From Chrysomallon squamiferum (Eukaryota; Animalia; Mollusca), in assembly GCA_012295275.1 (NCBI GenBank), contig CM022671.1:5208001-5272000 (forward strand): 64,000 bases of DNA. Reading direction: 5' to 3'. Of this stretch, positions 39,253-54,986 are shown piece after piece. Under the pieces are notes generated by a model. It was not told the DNA's origin and did no database searches. It worked only from the letters and a program-made list of their open reading frames with translations. The translations under genes were made by a program, and so were the position numbers. Each line of letters opens with the position of its first letter. Within the stretch, counting starts at the first letter, position 1.

Positions 39253-42200
39253 GTTTGTTTGGAATTTGTTTTAAAAAAAACAACAAAGTGTATATCACAG
39301 ATGTATATCTGTACAGACACACGTACACACACAGACACAGTAAATATCCTGTGAATCAAGAGCTCTGCATCACAGCGTGGAATGTGTGAATGTGAAAACG
39401 AGAAGTGCTAATCTCCTCTGTTCATACCAGACTTTCTACAACCTTCACCTGCAAAGAGAGAAATAAAAATAACATCAGTGCGTTGTACAGTCTTCTATCC
39501 AGCGTCTCTGACAATAGCCTGACAGGGAAGAAGAAACTAACAGGAGAAAAGGGGAGGAGAGGAAGAGGGCAAATGTTAGAATGGAGGGGAAAAGGAGGAG
39601 AAAGTTTAAAAGAAGAAGAAGAAGAAAAAAAGAAGGGAAATAAAAATAGATATAAGTTATTTTCAAGACATTTCATTCTTCAAATACTTATAATATTAAC
39701 AAGAGAAGGAATGGTAAGCTGAAAGGAGATAAAGAGGATGACAGAAAAATAGGAGTAGTAGTAGTATAAATAAATAAATAATAATAATAATAATATTTCT
39801 AAGGCTCATTCGTTTTGACAGACAATATGATACAATCTCTAGAGAGGTGAAGAAAAAAGCCAGTGGGAAAGGGAAAGAAAGATGAAAGATTACGAAGTAG
39901 TAAAGCGTGACAGAGAAAGAGAAAATAAGGCAGAAATGAGAAAAACTGAAGATGAAGGTAAGGAAAAAATGAGAAGAAAAGCAATATAAAATAAACCATT
40001 AAAAAAGTGAGAGAAAAAAATGACAAGTAAACAAATACAAAATACAGATGGTATTATCGTTATCTGTAAATACAGTCATGGCAAAGCAGATTAATACAAC
40101 AGTGTACAGTTTTTATGTAAGAGTGATTAATTTCTGAACCATCCTAAAAACTGAATACTTTTATACATCATTACAATTTTACTGGAAAATAAAGTAGAAG
40201 AACTGGTTACGAATCCTGTTTAAGGAAAGAAAAACCTGTATGACTTGAATGAAGGAAGAATTAAAAAAAAAGTAACAAAATAAAATAATAAAAATAAAAA
40301 TAAAAATAAAAATAAAAAAAAAAAAAAAAAATAAAAAAAAAAAAAAATAAAAAAAAAAAAAAAAAAAATAAAAAAAAAAAATAATAAAAAAATAAAGAAA
40401 AAAGTCACAGGATAATCTCAAAATCTCAGAATATAATAAGAATAAATATCATTGAGTCAAACAGTATTTATCCAACACTGAACACAATGCACAGACTACA
40501 GGCAGGACAGTAAAACTGACCGTGCTTTAGACACAATTAGCTTGAAGCTATCAAACTGATCACATGACCACATAATATTCATAATGTCAGATATGAATGT
40601 CATAACAGGAATTTACAGACTAGCAGAATGGTCACACTGACTTGCATAACGTCATTAAATCTTACAGAAATCTTTTTTTTTTTTTTTTTTTTGCTATTGT
40701 TGTCAGTAATGACTACTGCTGAGAAAGAATTACCATAAAGATGATTCTGTCAGAGTCTGTGGGTGTTTACAGAGTAGCTAATGTGACAAAATAAACTGGA
40801 AGGGAATTAGAATAAACTTGGTTTGGGCTCTAGCAGAAAGGTCTTCAGTAATAATCAATAAGTACATAGCTGGTGTCAGGAAATAATATTTATCTCAGGA
40901 AAATCAAGACAATGCATGGATAGGCAGAATCAAATCTTTTTATATCACATGATATAAAAATGTCATTACAACACAGCACAAAACACATACCATGATAAAG
41001 CAGTCATAAGATCTTGTTAGATTTGGAAATGTTCCATAGAGTACATACAGAGGATTGAACTGAGATAAATTAAAAAAAAAAAATGCTATTCTAACTGCAC
41101 ATGTACATGTGTGTTTTATGATTATATGTATGTGAATGTGTGAGAAAGAGACAATGCATGCATCTGTGTATGTGCATGCATGTGTAAAGCTCAACAAGGA
41201 TTTAAAATAACCAACTGAATACAGTATTATTTACATTTACATTTCAAAAATAAACTTTCACTACATTCACACTTCCCCTGTTTGTGACCATGCTTCATTG
41301 ATTTCTGTGCATGCTTCATTTACGTTGCAATTACAAATTGTTTATTTTAATGGTCTCAGGAAACAATTATTCTAGCTGAAAGTGATGAAGGATGAACAAC
41401 TGAATGATGATAAAATAATAATAATAAAAACAAGCTCTGACTCCAACACATTAAACAAAGAAAAGAACAAAAGAGGAAACAAAATCCAAATAAAGAAATA
41501 AAATATTCTATTATTCATCAATCTCAAAAATTATCACACAACCAATATAATGAGTCATCAAAAAAAAAAAAAAAAAAAAAAAAAAAGAAAGAAAAAAAAA
41601 AAAAATTGAACAACTGAACATCTGACTAATGAAGCTCTTCAGTAACAAAGGCTTAGAGTTATCTGTCTTGAAGATGGATGAGTCCAAAAGCCGGGACCTG
41701 ATGAGAAAGCTGCAGTGGGCAGGATGGACTTCCCACCAGGGGAACAGGTGCAACGTACAACTTCAGACTTACATAAACATCCACTTTACCAGGACCACCT
41801 TGAATACAGCAACACTGGCACTGTTCAAGTGACATTTACAAATAGACAATACGTCTAAAACATCCACGTTAGTGCAGCCAGCGGTCAGGCGAAGTTAACA
41901 TGATATGTCATCACCATCAGCCACTGCTACTACTACTACAGTAGTAACAATAATAATAATAATAAGAAGAAGAACAACAACAACAATGAAAGTAATAATA
42001 ATAAATAATGGTAATGGTAGTAACAAAAATCATTAAATATAGTAAAATCAGTAAATAATAATATAAAAAAATTAAACATGAATGGAAAAAACATTTTAAA
42101 AAAAGAAAAAAAAAAAAAAAAAAAAAAAAAGGAGTAAGTGTTAAGAACAGTCAAAAAAAAAGAAAGAAAAAAGTTATATACTTTTTCATCTTATGTTAGA

Positions 42201-45200
42201 TATTAAATCCTTTAAAAAAATAAATAATAACATACAGATGGACAGAATTATGTACATTCCAGACACAGTTTAGCACTAACACCTGACAATGGACACAGAT
42301 TGTTTCTGTTTATTGAGAAATTCCAGATGAACAAAACCAAGAGAAACCAGCAGCTGTTTTGTTTTTTTTCATTCATATTACAACTACACTCCCAACATAC
42401 CTGCCTTCTACTCACTGTGTGGATCTGGCCATGAACTGACCAGCCAGTTAGTTGGTCATTTTCCAGTGGACCAGAAATGACCATGGCCCAAAGGCTTCAC
42501 TTATCTTTCTTGAATTGTCCCAATTGTCTTATTAGAATTTCGAAATCTCCCAATTGAAAAGGCGAAGCAAACCCCTGGGGGTTGATTAAAAACAGAGGTT
42601 GCGAGGGGTCATGAAGTGAAGAAAATGATGAACACTTTATTGAAAGGATGCAGTCTGAAGACAAAGATTGTAAGAGTTTAAGCTCTTGATCCTCACATCT
42701 TGAAAACTTTGTATCTCTCATTTTAACTAACTAATGAAGAAGATTTTCAGATTTCATCACTTCTTAGACGAAAATAAAGTAGCTGAATTCTGCTAACTGA
42801 TTGTAATGTCCACTGTAATATCTGGCTTCCAAAGAAAAGTTAACTAATCAGGATTTCAGGATGAATATGGTTTGCAATGTAGCCTTTCAGAGATCCACTG
42901 GGAGAGAAATTGCTAACATAAAAATTAATGTCTTGATTGCATTTTAAAAGTTAGAATTATATTTGCACCACCATACTTACTCTTCAACATGAAATTGTTT
43001 AAATGATTTATACAAAATACATTTATACTTCACATTAACAAGGAAAACTATCATTCTGATGTATACAAAAAAATATCCATCTATTCATTTTCACCTTCAG
43101 CAATATACTTTAATAGAAAATAAAATTAAAAATAAATGAATGAACAAACAATAAGATAAATAAAACAAAAATAAAAATAAGGATGAAAAAATTAATAAAT
43201 AAATAAATAAATAAATAAATAAAATATTTAGACTAAATATGTAAGCATCACCACAGATCCATTCCAACAACAAAACTGAGAAAAACAAGTATTTCCACTG
43301 TCAGTATCCCCAAAGACCTGAGCAGACTGATAACTACACTCATGCAATCTAGCCACACATCCTAAATCTACCAGACAACAATATGCAATGGTTGAACGAC
43401 CAGCAACAGTCCTATAACTTACACCTGGAATAATCTATTTTACTTACAGTGTCATCAAGGTCATCTACCTGTAGTGTGAACTTAAAAAAAAAAAATAACA
43501 AAGTTTTGAAATTCCTGTCATACACACACCTTGACAACAACATTGTACTGTAATTATAAAGCAGACATCCACAATATTCACTGTTTTGAAACCAACAGCA
43601 AAATCTTGATCTGACAATAATAATTTCCTGATGCAGCTGTGTATAACTTACATTAAAATAAATTGCTCGAGCGCAATAACAGATGGAATTTTCTTAAAAC
43701 AGCAAAATGTAATGATACTGTACCAGCTGGAAACAAATGATAGCTGAAATTAAATTTCTGACTAAAAGCTTGACAAATAACACATTTGTGTCTCCTTCAG
43801 TCTCTCTTAATTTCTCATTCTCTCTCTCTCTTTCTCTCATTCTCTCTCTATCCAAATTAACATTATCTAACCAATAAAAATTTAAACCATACAAACCTAT
43901 ACAATAAACAGATCTTATTATATACCACTGTATCACATATCAATATATACCAATCAGTGTCATAATTAACATACTGTCATAAGTGTATTACTCATAAAAA
44001 CCTGGAAATAACTAAATTACACTGAAATTCCCAGTTTTCTGTAAATGTGACTGTACATGAAACAGTTCCTCATATAAACTTGTTAAGGAAATAAATGTGG
44101 TGGTGATGATGTTTTTATGAACTGTGTGGTTATCATCACAGGAAATACTTGACTCCCACATAACAGTTGTGTGGAAACTTATATACTACACCCATGTTTT
44201 AATATAATCATCTACTATTAGTTTATACTTAATATGGTTCCTAATACTTACTTTAAATAATAATTATAATAATAATAATAAAGTAGAAAAATACGTAATG
44301 TGAAGAAAAGGAAAGTAAAAGAATAATGAATGCCTATTTAACAGGAGAAACACAAACTATTAACTATCAAACCTTTCAATTTAAATCACAGTCACCCAGG
44401 ACGAGAAGCCTGGTCAAAAAGAGTCACACAAACTGCTCAGTGACATTCAGGAAATATGCCACACATGAGTTGCCCAGTGTAAAAATGGCTGCTACGTACT
44501 TGCTTGACACAAAACAAGCTTCATTAAAATATTTGTCTATTCCTGACACTGACAGATCACTTCACACTTACCTACAAACAACAGTGAACACATAACACAC
44601 TCAAAGGTCGTTACACATGACAAGGTCGCTGTGTGCAATGGTCCAACAAGGACACATTCTTCTCCATTTTGTGCCAATTATCTCTTATTTCAACTTTCAA
44701 AATATTTTTTTTATTATTATTATTATTTTTAAAAATTATGAAATTGTTCGAACTATTTCAAAGTTATAAACTTAACCATGGCTGTGATCCCCTCACTTTC
44801 TGAAATTTTATATCTGCTCAGATTTATGAAATAATGTAATGAAAAACTGTCATATACAACATTTAAATTAAAATTGTTTTTATGCATGTTCTTGGCACAT
44901 AAAAATGTTTTAGCTCTGTTTATTTTCAGTCCCCACAATTTAGAAACTTAAAAAAATGTGAGAGTGTAAGACTAACATTCTAATCCTTTTTATTTTTATC
45001 ACATTACATGAGTGTTGTCAGTTACAATTACAAACTAAGTATTTTTGCTACTAACAGATTTTTTTTTTTTTTTTTCAAGATGTATTTTTTTAAATTGTTA
45101 TTTAACAGTGTCATTTTAAAAGAGAATATTAAACATAAATTAAATTTTATCTATACTGACGAGGTTTGAGGTGATACACTATCTTATCTTTTTCTAGCTT

Positions 45201-47145
45201 GTTTTCTGGTTCCTATAATTTCATTTTGCAGATGGCTTGCATAAATTATTTTCTATGTTGGAATATGATCATTTGTAAACACTTATATATATATATATAT
45301 TTCTGTGGGTAAGATTATATACAGTCAGAATGTTCATTCAACTGAATATAAATATTTTTCCATTTGTTTATTTGAATGTTAAATTTGTGTGATTTCTTTA
45401 TACGGTATGCAGTTTGTGGTTCAGTGCAAGCAACAAAAGTTGTTAAAATTATTTTTTTTTTGCAAAAACAAGTGGAAAAAAGATATAATATAATATCTCA
45501 GACGTTTATTATAACTTTTATAAAATTTGTTAAGTACAAAATACCAAATATGCAGGAGCAGTAAATTATAATAAATTATTCTTAGTTATCAACTGTCTAT
45601 GCAACAACTACTACTAATGAAAAGTACTTTCAAAACCTGACACTTCATAATAACAGGAGTAACTGATGACACGATTGGTTCATCACTCTCCACCCATGTT
45701 ATGTAAACAGAGACACGATTGGGTAAGGTGACATTTCATTTGGTAATCTGACGTTTGATTGGGTAATCTGATATGACACATTATCTCATTAAAGACAATA
45801 AAAGGTTATGATTCACTGGCCTTTTCAATGAGTCATGTATAGTTAATGACCAGTCTACTCAGCCTGGAGGGGAAATAATTAAATCGGTCCATGATATTAA
45901 TTTTATTGTCCAACTTTAATGACAAAGCAAAAGGGACAGACTTTCTTGAGGGCATTCCGAAAAGCCTTTAGCAATATTAAATTTCTTTGTTAGTGGTCAG
46001 CGATGGTCATTTATACTGACCATGTTAAAATAGTGGTGTGGGTTTAACAAAGCTAATTGGTGCAGATGCTGGTTTGGCCATGTCTAACCTGACTCGAATA
46101 AATCAATGTTAATAATCACAGTAATTATCAAGGCAATGGTGGACACTGCTATTTCCAAGTGGTAAATAATTTTTAGGGTTTCTGTCTCGTTCAGGGAAAA
46201 AGTTAATTTGAAATGTGATTTACTGATGTTACTGATAAAATAAATGCCAAATTTGGATGGGTTTTTAAACTTATTTTATTTAAGTACTGCAAGAACAAAA
46301 TTATTACTTGTTATTTTCTACTGGAATGCTAAATTATTTAGATACAGACATATAGTTTATACATGGAATCTAGTGTTTGATATCTGAAGTAGATTACACA
46401 TAGATTAAACTACAAAAATTAAATGTAAAAAAACAAACAAAAAAAACCCCTGCATTTTGACCCTTTCCTGTTTCCACCAAATAAAATTAATAAACATAAT
46501 AATTATTTCTATATAAGTCACCATTAGGATAAGTGAGACCATCCATAGTAAAAACAAATTCTTTAAAATATATTTTCAAAATGTTATATATCAACAGTAA
46601 ACATTCATGCAAAATATATATGACCAAGTATGAAAAATCTGGGATAATAAGGATAAACTGCTGGTATGCTTTCTGTTAAAAACCAGTTAACAATGACACA
46701 AAGAAGCCACTTTTGTTAGGTCAGTGTTTATAACAGACATAAAACCAGAGCCAGGTTTTGATGACATTTTCTGTCAAACAGGACTGCAATTATCTCAGTG
46801 GATAACTGCAGCTGCTGTATTAATAAGTGCAATAAAAACTGTTTGAAATTAAACTAATTCTACTCTGACATTAATTATATCAATTTTCATTTTGTTAAAA
46901 AGATTAAAAAAAAATAATAATAATAATTATAAAAAAAAATAAAAAAAAAAAAATAAAATAAACAAATTAAAAAAAAAAAAAAAAAAAAAATTAAAATAAA
47001 AAAAAAAAAAAAAAAAAATAATAATATATATATTTTTTAATTTATATATAAATAAGAAAACTGACTTAAGAATTCCTATATCTACAGCATGCAAAAAAAA
47101 ACTTAATTTTAAGTATAATAACAAAATTAAAGTCAAACCTTTCTG

Positions 47146-47176
<31 letters not shown>

Positions 47177-50100
47177 TATTATTATTATGTCATTATTATT
47201 AATTTTAAAAACATAATTGTAACATAAAAAGCAATTATCATTATTTAAAAAATAAATTTGGGTCATTATATATGAAAATTATTTCACACAGTGAGCTAGA
47301 CATATATTTAGAACATTTGTTAAATGTAACATACTTACAACATGCAAATGTAATCAAAATGAGCAATTTCAGCTAATGTTCACACCTTTATGTAACTGAA
47401 GTACCACTGTAAAGTATCCCTTGCTGTTGACAGACTCCATAAAAATGAGAATAGTGTGCTAAATATAGTATCCACTGTATCACTGACAATGACAGACAAC
47501 AACTCACAAAGATGAGCTTTCTATTTGACAGTGATCATATCATAGTTGGATCAGAACATCTCATTATCCCTTTAACCTATCAACAGTCATGACATTACAC
47601 AAGCAGCCAATCACATTCAAGTACTAGTAAAGCTCAGCCAATCAGCTTTGATGACACTTCTGAGTGAACTCTGTTAGGCAGCAGCTAAACATCTTGGACC
47701 CAGAAAGGGCCAGTTAATTAGCAATTAGCTTCAATCAACATTAAACACAGAAAGCTACACTTCCATCCAGTAAGCCACACTGAAAACCCATAGTGGTGGA
47801 GAAAATGAATTACACCATCAAACTGTAAGCCAATTACAGCCAAAGGCCAATGTCAACCCAATTAATTCATTACCTCATCAGTAAATTAGTGACATCATCC
47901 TTATGAAACATAACACAGTTTTCACCCAGACATAATTGTAACACTTACATTTGTTTATTATGATAAGAAAGCCTGCTAGTTTACTGGTACAAGGAATGAT
48001 ATTACTGTGAAATTATTATGTAATAATACCACAGTGAACTCTGTTTAAACTGAAATCATTTCTACTGAATATGCTGCTGAAAATTTCACCGAAAGTAATT
48101 ATAGTTGAAGTCCATTGTTTAAATGAATGACTGTTTGTTATGTATTGCTTTCTGTTTGACAATGATCTAGCCACCAAACTGCATTAAAAATCTAAACAGC
48201 CACATTTTACATTAATTTTTTGTTCTTCATTTCAGATCTGGAATCCACATTAGACATAATGTATAATCCTAACAGTTGGATGCAAATTTGAAAACTGAAA
48301 TCATAAAGAAATCCAGTCCATAGTGATGATAGTCAAATACAGATCCTTATAGTTCAGTATAACAGTAAACCAGTATATCTCCCTACATACTGCTAGCATC
48401 TCCCTACATACTGTATATCATTTGGGACTATCCACAGAGTCAGTTTAACAATAACAGCAGGATGTATTAGGATAAATTTAACAATGATAACACTATACCC
48501 CAGGATAACTTTAACAATGGCACCAGTATTCTCAAAAACCAACATTATCTTGTGCTCAGTCTATCTTTGGCAGTAAAAACAATCCCTTCAATGAGATCAA
48601 CATAATCAAGTGAATGTCTACACCCTCTAATTTTCATCTGATATACCTGTAAATCTCTGTAGTCTAATGTAAAAACCTAACAAACAATTAAGAAATTAAA
48701 TAAATATATATATGAATATACACAGTGAAGGATAAACAATGTTTCGGCATGTTTAGATCACATTACATATCATTAATTTATTTCTATCAAGCTGTATTTC
48801 ATTTTATAGCTTTAACAGATGTTACAGAAAACATCTTTAGCTTCTTTGTATCACAAAATAGTGTTAATTACAGTTTCAACATATTATTTATATTTCAAGC
48901 CTGTACACAGAAATATCTGTTGCTTAGAGTTTGATGATTATAAAAAAAAAAAAAAAAAAAAATGTTTTATTATTTATAATCATTTGTGAGATTAATGTAA
49001 GTGTTAAAATATATAATATTATAATTTATTAATGAAACAATTTTTGCAGAATTTATAAATAAATTTTTTAACACAAACTGGGTAATCTGCTTAACATAAT
49101 GCATCAATATCAATTTAATATACAAAGTGGCTTTGTGGATTTATTAACCAGATGGCCAGTAATCTGGAATTACATCCCTTGGTCAATGTTACAGTGACAA
49201 CAGATGGAGCCACTAGAATGACACATCCACCAGTGTGTCAATCAATGGTCAGGAATGTGTTTGATCTGTGCTGATTAGGTTAGTGTGTACAGTGTGATTC
49301 TCGGTCAGCGTCCAGACAGTGGACTTGTGTGGCCGGATATTTGACAACACAAATCCCCACACAGCTTGATAATCTCTGATAACAGAGTGAGTGGACATAG
49401 TGGCAGTCATTATGTGCATTGTGGACAGACACCATGGACAGTCTGGACAGTCATTACGGTTAGACTGGACATCATTATGAATGAACTGGATGGTCATTAT
49501 GGACGGTTGGTGTGGACAACAGTGGACAATAAGGGTACAATAAAGGTAGTGTGCAATGAACAATTGATACAAAAGTGGACAGAGGAATGGACAGTTAGGA
49601 AAGACAAAGAAGCTTGATTCTCACACTGTAAATCTAGAAAGAACAATACCACCACTTCCTTTTTGTCCTTGAAAATATTAAACTATAATTTTAATCAACT
49701 TTGATTTTTTGTGACAGAAAAGTCAGGCCTGTTGAGTGGGTATGTATGGGGTGGATGTAAATTATGAATATGTGCCTCTGTGGATGTCAGAGTGTGAAAC
49801 TGTCTGTGATTAATTATCATGAACATTTAACATCAAATAGGCTTTACATTTATTATTTTTTAATTAATCCTTATTTCAATTACCACCTTTGTAATCTTCA
49901 AAAAAAAACAAAAAAACTTTTACCTTCAGAAACATCATCAGCAAACTAAATATAACCAAGCTGGCCTGTTTGGTTCAGTTCTTTTTAACAGATAATCCTT
50001 TTATCTCATTAAGAAAAACAAAATAAATAAAAAATAATAATAATTTCACACCTCACCGAGTTTCAGCATGTGAGAGCACTGCCATTTTCCAGCCTGTCAC

Positions 50101-51050
50101 TCCTGGAGTATTTTACAACATTCACCTCTGCACAGCATGACAGTAGGACAGCCAAGAACCCTCAGCTTTACGATTTATGTTATTGGAGGAAAAACTACAT
50201 CTTCAGAGGGGGAGTTTGGCAAGGAGGGCTGTTAATGGCTTTCTTAAACAAGCTAAAAATGTCAGAGGTAATTATCTTCCAACAAATCAGACTTGTGTGA
50301 ATCTCCTGTTGTCAGGGGCAACACCTCTAGAACAACATGCAGCCCATGGATAGCAGGGTGTGTGTGTGTAAAACACATGGTCATTAAGTTTAACACAGAA
50401 AAAACAAACAAATGGGGGAAAAAAAAAATAATAACTTGACATTTTAAGAATAAAAAGCTGTTTGTTTTTGTTAACACCAGGCTTCACAGTAATGGAAAAT
50501 TTCAGATTTTATAAAAATTTACCACTGCCTGGGATTAACAGTAAGATGGACTACATTAGCAGTTTTAAAATGCATAAATTTTTATAACCACAACCATTTG
50601 AGGACAGAAATCTGGTATAAAACCAAAAGGATTTTCTTGAAAGCAGATGCAGAAAGGTGTATCTGCAGGGAGAGCATTTTTGTTTTAGCAGAAGGTTAAG
50701 AATTTTGGAACAGTACTGACCTAATCAAGAGTTACACAAGCTCATATGGACTTCATTTCTTAATCACAAACAAGACGCCTTGGGAAGATGTATTTATTAC
50801 AAGAGTTATGGAACTCAGGTGTTAAAATGTCAGATCATGACTGGAAGGAATGTCATTAAGAGATGGGTGTTACAGAAATCTTCAAACTGACACAGACAGA
50901 ACAAACACCAGACAGGGAATATAACAGTTCCAGGCAAACAGCACTTGAGTAACAAGTATCCACCAACCTCATACCCACCAATGTCCCCCTCAGGCATCAC
51001 AATATTCACATCTCCTGAGAATTCTCATGTCTGCTACCACACAAATGACA

Positions 51051-51141
51051 TCTGCTATTAAAACAACAGACGTCTGCTATTAAAACAATTGATGTCTGCT
51101 ATTAAAACAACAGATGTCTGCTATTAAAAAACATGTCTACT
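51051..51141. repeat. 22-bp minisatellite (about 4 copies plus decayed flanking copies)
   Basis: Unit TCTGCTATTAAAACAACAGAYG. Confidence 0.85.
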
Positions 51142-54100
51142 ATTTGGGCAACAGATTTTAGCAGTCAAAGCAACACACATCAGCTATTAAAACAATATAT
51201 ATCTGCTACTAAAAATTCCAAGTTGCTAAGAATTATTAGCTACACTAATAAAAATTCCTACTGCTACTTCAAGAAATGCACATTTTTGCTACCAAATATT
51301 CTCATACCTATTGCTAATGATTCTTAATCATGTACTAAAAATTACTGTCTGCAGCTTGTATGTCTTGGTGTCTGCAGCTAAGAATTTCTGTATTTGAGGC
51401 ATAAAATGTTTACTTAAATCATCATATGACTTCTGAAAATCACTGCTCTGCTTTTGGTGTTATGTTAATTGTTAATCTTCTACTTAAAATCAGTTTGGCT
51501 ATTACTAATATTTCAGTGTCAACGTATTATTATATCTACATTGGCCAATGTCAGGCAAAAAAAAAAAAATAAAAAAAACAATTATAATAAATAATAAAAT
51601 AATAATAATAATAATATTAATTAATTAAAAAAAAAAAAAAAATAGCGAAGGAAAAAAAAAACAATTAAAAAAACAGTGAGGATAGATGTTTACTAAAAAA
51701 AGTTTGTGTCTGCCACTACAAATATTCATGTCTGCTGTAAAGTTTTCTCACATATACTACAACGCATTAAGATATCAATCTAAGAAAAAAACAGGATAAC
51801 AATGTTAACTACATAATCTTCAAAAAACAATCTTTATCACATAAAAGCTCTCCATGTTAAAAGCAGACTAAACACATAAAACATTTAAATAGTATCGTGT
51901 TTTACCCCGAATGTGTATCAACTTTAGCCCAGTTGTATCATCTGATTAAACTTTAGTAACTTGCCACAAGTAACATTTAAGTGTGAGCCAGTCATAATCT
52001 CCTCAAACTCTTTTCTCCTGCACCCACACCCAACCCTAACAGTGGCACACAAAAGGTTGTAAAGGATAAATACCATTTCAAAGAGGAAAAGAAAAAAACG
52101 TTTCTCCACAGTATCAAATAACAGTAAACCCCTAACACAATGAACACCAGCCCAGATCCAGTTTCCAACCTGCGACCCATTGGTTTAGGAAATTACACTT
52201 TTAGTGAGGGAGATCCGTGAACTCTGACCTTTAGACTCCCATAAAGCATGGCTTAGCTGGTTTTTGTAGGTGACCAGCGAGGGGTTAGCAACTTTAACAG
52301 ATATAAATGAATGTCAGGGTAGAGGAAAAAGAATGACTCCATTAAAATCTCAAAAATGGAGATAAAAATCTGGTGAAAATGTCAGACATGGGATAAATGT
52401 ACAGTCTAATTTACAATGGTGACTTATTTTTTTTTTTTACTGTATCTCATCTATCATGTGACAAATTTTTGTTGTTGCAATTTTGTCAGTTTTTTTTTAC
52501 TGTTGTTTTTCACAGCTGTTATCAGAACTTGAATTTATTTAAACAAGACATAGAAATAAAATAAAATAAAATAAAATAATGAAACAAAAATATATTGAAA
52601 TAAATAAATGATTAAAAAAAAAAAAAAAAACAAAATAAAATAAACATTTATTTTTTTAAATTTCCCAAAGACCTAACATTAAAAGGCACTCCCACTATTC
52701 TCTCTGTGTGAATGTTTCTGCACATAATTGTCTGTATCAGGCAACATAAATATCATCTACACACTGCAAATACACATTTTTCTCTCTTATATTTTTCCTC
52801 CTTTTTAAAGATTTTTTTTTCTGCTTTTTTAAACAATAACTGTTTTGTTGTAAAAATTAAATAAAACTCACACAATGGCGACAGTTACATAGTACAGACA
52901 AGGCAGTTTTAAACAGATTAAAGAAAAAACTGAAGTTAACTATTTCCTTGAACAATACATGGAAGCATATCACATTTCAAGGCACATACCACACACATAC
53001 AAAAAATCCAGACATACTAAATTCATGTGTGGATTTATTGGTTGGTGTCATTATTGCAGACTGATCTTTTTGGTGTTTTTTGGCATTTACAAATATATTC
53101 ATTTCATTTTGAAATTAATATCTATCTCAATGATCAGTCCTTTGTGGAGCTGTGAAAAGGTCCCAGTATTAAAAACTAATACTAAAAATAATAACAGTAA
53201 CATTAACAAGTTTTATCTGGAAATAAAAAAGCTAATTTAATGAAGTCTTTTTTACAACTTGAAAATAACATTTACAGTAATATCAATCATGGCTTGTTTT
53301 CTTCAGCCTTTTTTTTCTCTTCTGATTATGGGTGTATTATACATGTATTTTAAAAAAAATTCATCCAGAAACTCTAGAGTCTTTTTTAAAACATTAAATA
53401 TTTATGTTAAATTATTTAAAAAAAAAAGAATGTTTAATGACATATAAAACACTGTTTTATATCCATATATGCACACATACACCATACAGAAATTCATGTA
53501 ATATAAAAATATATAACCCACATAAACAAAACCATATTTTATGCAATAATTTACATCAGCAGTTTTATAAAACATAAACATTATATTTATAAATTTATCC
53601 ATTTTCTTAAAACAATATTTTGAACATTAACCTCTAACACTCAGATCTGTGCATGTAATAAAAGAAATATCAACCAGCAGTCGATACAAAATATTCACCT
53701 TATTCTGTGATGTCCCACGAAGTATAAACAAATCCAAACACAATGTTCCCAGTCCACAGAACAACCACACTGACTGTCCCACACACAGCACTGTCCAGCA
53801 CACCACACTGACCATCCAGCACACAACAGTGACCGCAGTCCACCGATTGTAATCCTCAAGTTAACAATGCACAGAGAGAACCTACTGGGCAGTGGGAGAA
53901 GAAGAAGAAGAAGAAGAAGAAAACAAAACCTGCAGTAGCACTCTGGGACTGCTGTTGGAGAAGTTAAAGACTAAAGTTTTGATTTACATACACATAGGTT
54001 ACCGTCCAGTAATCTCCTTTCCCCCCCCTCATTATTCCCCACCGACCAGCAACTCACCTGGTTGGTTGGTCGGTCACCTGTTCGTTAACCCTCCCTTGTT

Positions 54101-54931
54101 CTGACCCCCACCTGACCTAGAGGGGTGCAGGGTTAGTCACAGTGGTGGTTGCAGCATAAAACTCTTACTTGGACAAACGTGGCCCACTCAAGTGTTTAAT
54201 GAGGAGCTGAGGCTGAACTTTTCTCTTCATGTGGCTCAGCAGTCCACCTTAAGTAACAACATTTCAACAATATACAGCTCTGTAATACCCATACTGTGTA
54301 GTAGTGCTTGTACATTCTAGTATTGTATTATTTATTTAGTTGTATAGAACTGTGTCCTTATGGTGCAGAAGGTACAGCTAACTTGGATTAAAAAAACACA
54401 CAAATGCAAAAAGTAAAATAAACAAACATAAGTACAAAAAATAATAAATAAATAAATAAATAAATAAATAACTGAAAAATAAATTAAAATAATATAAAAA
54501 TAACAAAATTGGGGGGAAAATTAAAAAAAAAAAAAAATGAATGAATGAAAAAAAAAAGAAAAAATAAAACGTTTAAACTAAATTAACAAAAAACACCTGT
54601 GCTGTAACTTGCTGTTTTTCAGCAGTCTGTCGTTACAGGTGTTCAGGTGTTCAGGTGTATTCTGTCTGTTTATCCCACTAACCAAGATCTGTTAGACACG
54701 CCCATCCCAGACACTGTTTGCCCTTTAACGTGAGTAGATGTGTGTTCATCCCACTGACACCTGGTCCATTAACTTCAGTCTTAACACAGTCTGTGTTTTC
54801 TAATCTACTACTAAATGTTCTTTAATGACAATCATTACTGTCTACTGCAGTGTAAGAACAGGACTGAAAGTCTTCAGTTAACGTTCTGATTTTAATTTTG
54901 GGAAGAAGTTCAGTGGTTCACTTTTTACTTG

Positions 54932-54986
<55 letters not shown>

